A stretch of DNA of 64,000 nucleotides from Laetmonice hystrix. Lineage: Eukaryota. Where the stretch lies: the NCBI GenBank assembly GCA_965235115.1, contig OZ249441.1, positions 7,998,001-8,062,000 on the forward strand. Direction: 5' to 3'. Made by a program: the position numbers and the translations under genes. The stretch's first letter is position 1; every line of letters begins with the position of its first letter. The notes under the pieces were generated by a model. That model did not search any database and had not been told where the DNA came from. It saw nothing but the letters and a program-made list of their open reading frames with translations. This document shows positions 61,801-64,000 of this stretch, one piece after another.

Positions 61801-63909
61801 TTGATGGTAATAATAGCATAAAACAAACTATCATAATATCAACCAGTTTTATTTTACAAATTATCCCGGCCAAGAGAGATTCCAGATATCATTCCACCAA
61901 GATCGTTCATCGTTGTTCGTGCTTTCTGTTTGAGTAGAGGGCAAAGGCGGGCTGGGATACCCATGTCTTCCAGGCGACGCATGCGCAGACTACAACGCTA
62001 TCTGTACCATGGGATACTGTATCTGTCGGGAGAACTTCTATCAGAAGGAAGGACAGTGTGGTAAGTGGGTCCAGTGACCCAGACAGGCATCGACCTCCTG
62101 GGAAGTGGGCGGGAAGGGATTCGAAAAAACGGTTATGAAGAAGTTATGGAACTAGCTTCCGTTTACTTCATACAAGCTAATTTGACGAGTGAAATTGTCA
62201 TACAGTGATCTGTGAAAACGGGACACAAATACCTAGGTAATATTACTAATTTATCCGCTTAACGGACGTGTGGGTGGAGTAGTGCTGTGATTGACAGTGT
62301 GAACGGGTGGGTGGAGTAGTGCTGTGATTGACAGTGTGAACGGGTGGGTGGAGTAGTGCTGTGATTGATAATCCAGGGTTCTGTGATTGACAGTGTTGAC
62401 GGGTGGGTGGAGTAGTGCTGTGATTGACAGTGTTGACGGGTGGGTGGAGTAGTGTTGTAATTGACAGTGTTGACGGGCGGGTGAAGTAGTGCTGTGATTG
62501 ACAGTGTTGACGGGTGGGTGGAGTAGTGTTGTAATTGACAGTGTTGACGGGTGGGTGGAGTAGTGCTGTGATTGACAGTGTTGACGGGTGGGTGGAGTAG
62601 TGCTGTGATTGATAATCCAGGGTTCTGTGATTGACAGTGTGAACGGGTGGGTGGAGTAGTTCTGTGATTGACAGTGTGATCAGGTAGATAGAGTATTGCT
62701 GTGATTGATAATCCAGGGTTCTGTGATTGACAGTGTGATCAGGTAGATAGAGTATTGCTGTGATTGATAATCCAGGGTTCTGTGATTGACAGTGTGATCA
62801 GGTAGATAGAGTATTGCTGTGATTGATAATCCAGGGTTCTGTGATTGACAGTGTGACCAGGTAGATAGAGTATTGCTGTGATTGATAATCCAGGGTTCTG
62901 TGATTGACAGTACCCCGTGGACACCTGGACACGCCCTGCCTGCCGGCCCGGTTCAGCAGGCGTTGTGTCGACCCTCACACCACCTGCCGTCAAGAACTCT
63001 GTGTCTGTGACAGAACCGCCATCTTCTCCAACATGCAGTGCAGTAAGTATAAGGCCTACAACCAGAACTCGTTTATGCGAACAATATGTTCGGATTGTGA
63101 AACATGCGGATTACTCAATGATTTGAGAAGTAGAATGATGATATAACACGACTACATCTCTTCCTCCACCAGTTGGTCTGAAGGAGTTGGGTGAAAGTTG
63201 CCGGCCTCTAGATGAGGAATGTCATGACTACCGTGCCCTGTGTGGAGCCACCCCCAAGGGTATCTGTGAATGCGGCCCCGGCTTCGTACCCAAATATAAG
63301 GTTTGCTGTAAGTACACTGAATGGGTTCAGCTTGTTTATGATATCAGTACAAATATTTGCCATCATCGTTTTATTTTTCATTTATCTAATATTATATTTT
63401 ATAAACATTTTTTTATTGAATCCTTAACTTGTCACTCCGGCATATTTACAGCGACACCTGGTGAGGAGGGTCGGCTAAACGAGCCGTGCCTGGCGGGCCG
63501 GAGATGTACTGACCCATACACGACGTGTGTGGCCCGAGTCTGCCGCTGTCAACAGTCACACATGGACAACCGCAAGGGGCGCTGTGGTAGGTCCTCTCCC
63601 TGGTTCTCCTATTCTCCACCAGGAGGCGTCGAGTAGCCCATAGCGTTGCATTCGTTACCAAACATTCAGCCTTTTTAACCTGTAAAACATCGTAACGGAT
63701 GCCAGGTTTATGTGCTGTGGACTTTAAATTCGAAAATATATATGTTACTAATGGGAAATTTGCTTACACTATTTCAGTGCCTAAGATCCCATTGTCTCAG
63801 TCATGTGGACCCATGGACCAGTGCCGTGAGCTGGGTGCCCACTGCAGTACCAACAGCCAACAATGTGAATGTCATCCCAACTACTACCAGGCTCCTAACA
63901 ACACATGCC
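34484..63909 (+). CDS. Large secreted or cell-surface protein: signal peptide, 8-Cys SUEL-like domain, Thr/Pro spacer, at least 43 tandem six-Cys EB/EGF-like modules; continues past the window (about 1960 aa so far)
   Basis: accATGG start. Exons 34484-34577 (signal), 36706-36844 and 37200-37348 (SUEL-like). Module exons: 42028-42204, 42417-42539, 43421-43570, 43939-44064, 44766-44888, 45116-45250, 45496-45618, 45780-45908, 46139-46267, 46559-46681, 47888-48010, 48499-48624, 48737-48865, 49125-49250, 49533-49658, 50030-50152, 50389-50514, 50679-50801, 50963-51085, 51274-51396, 51770-51892, 52269-52394, 52923-53045, 53277-53405, 53693-53815, 54108-54230, 54399-54521, 54865-55002, 56267-56398, 56589-56711, 57941-58066, 58440-58559, 59053-59178, 59558-59680, 59813-59935, 60205-60327, 60911-61039, 61285-61413, 61938-62060, 62911-63042, 63173-63307, 63452-63586, 63778-63909. 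Each is phase 1-1, open, with pattern C-x5/9-C-x6-C-x3/10-C-x-C-x10/15-C. The link between the SUEL exons and the module exons across a 4.7-kb intron is inferred from phase only. Confidence 0.88.
36061..36680. repeat. 23-bp minisatellite, about 27 copies, running up to the acceptor at 36705
   Basis: Unit gtaaacctgtttccgctgtatt(c/t); the acceptor region aaacctgtttgatacag resembles the unit. Confidence 0.93.
36706..37348 (+). CDS. SUEL/rhamnose-binding-lectin-like domain split over two exons
   Basis: ACYGGYVDINCDDKRIQVVNETYGRHPDEQCVPSFNGRDC|SVPGSFYKALCHNKTRCQHLGVGWRNINEPGCIDVYTNYVHIIYQC: 8 Cys in SUEL spacing with the YGR motif. Confidence 0.75.
37433..37666. mobile_element. Kolobok-like MITE, 234 bp
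   Basis: TTAA|AGCAATCATCGAGTATCTCTCATTTCAAT ... ATTGAAATGAGACATATTCGATGATTGCT|TTAA; TTAA duplication with a purine-purine terminus. Confidence 0.7.
44090..44606. repeat. 38-bp minisatellite with shorter variants, about 14 copies
   Basis: Unit gtggcacaggccttcaacctcagcatgtgtctcaacat. Confidence 0.92.
53168..53266. repeat. 11-bp tandem repeat immediately upstream of an acceptor
   Basis: Unit ccacattgact. Confidence 0.85.
55275..55588. repeat. 34-bp minisatellite, about 9 copies
   Basis: Unit atatctagctctgtctatgagtattaactaatct. Confidence 0.9.
56712..57648. repeat. 26-bp minisatellite, about 36 copies, starting at a donor site
   Basis: Unit aagtttctgctccctcattacaagcc; the first unit overlaps gtaagt. 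Confidence 0.94.
58133..58358. repeat. 21-bp minisatellite, about 11 copies
   Basis: Unit ctgaggccaggctgtaaaagt. Confidence 0.92.
60437..60860. repeat. 11/12-bp tandem repeat, about 38 copies
   Basis: Unit catgttac(c)cat. Confidence 0.93.
61414..61745 (+). repeat. 36-bp (some 30-bp) minisatellite, about 10 copies, that repeats the donor junction ACCTGCG|GTACGT
   Basis: Unit gtacgtaccggtaactttacatggcagggacctgcg. Confidence 0.93.
62268..62910 (+). repeat. Compound minisatellite (36-bp and about 58-bp units) that repeats the acceptor tgtgattgacag
   Basis: About a dozen ttgacag copies; only the last (62910) opens a coding exon. Confidence 0.9.
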
Positions 63910-64000
63910 GTGAGTGTACACGGCCCAGATCGTCAAAACTTAACTTTTTGCTTAAGCTTAGGCAAGATCTTAAGTTTTTACAAACTGGGCCCAGGACTTC

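Overview
Intron-rich genomic DNA from an invertebrate animal (probably a bilaterian; the species cannot be determined from the sequence). It is not prokaryotic, and I found no CRISPR array, rRNA or tRNA. I assembled three + strand spliced genes by hand from GT/GC-AG junctions and frame continuity. (1) 2464-24979: a divergent Slo1/BK-type Ca2+-activated K+ channel of about 1094 aa in 23 exon positions. It keeps S0, both RCK domains and an intact calcium bowl. It has two tandem, probably mutually exclusive pore exons (filter TVGFGD versus TVGFGE) and has lost key voltage-sensor charges, the Mg2+ site and the heme motif. (2) 27976-31106: a type I membrane protein of about 730 aa with signal peptide, SUEL/Gal-lectin-like domain, S/T/P-rich stalk, TM helix and Tyr-motif tail. 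(3) 34484 to beyond the window end: a very large secreted or surface protein with signal peptide, SUEL-like domain and at least 43 six-cysteine EB/EGF-like modules, each on its own phase-1 exon. Introns hold many minisatellites, several built from the adjacent splice site, plus several MITE-like elements. Residue equivalences to mouse/human Slo1 were aligned by eye from remembered sequence and need confirmation.
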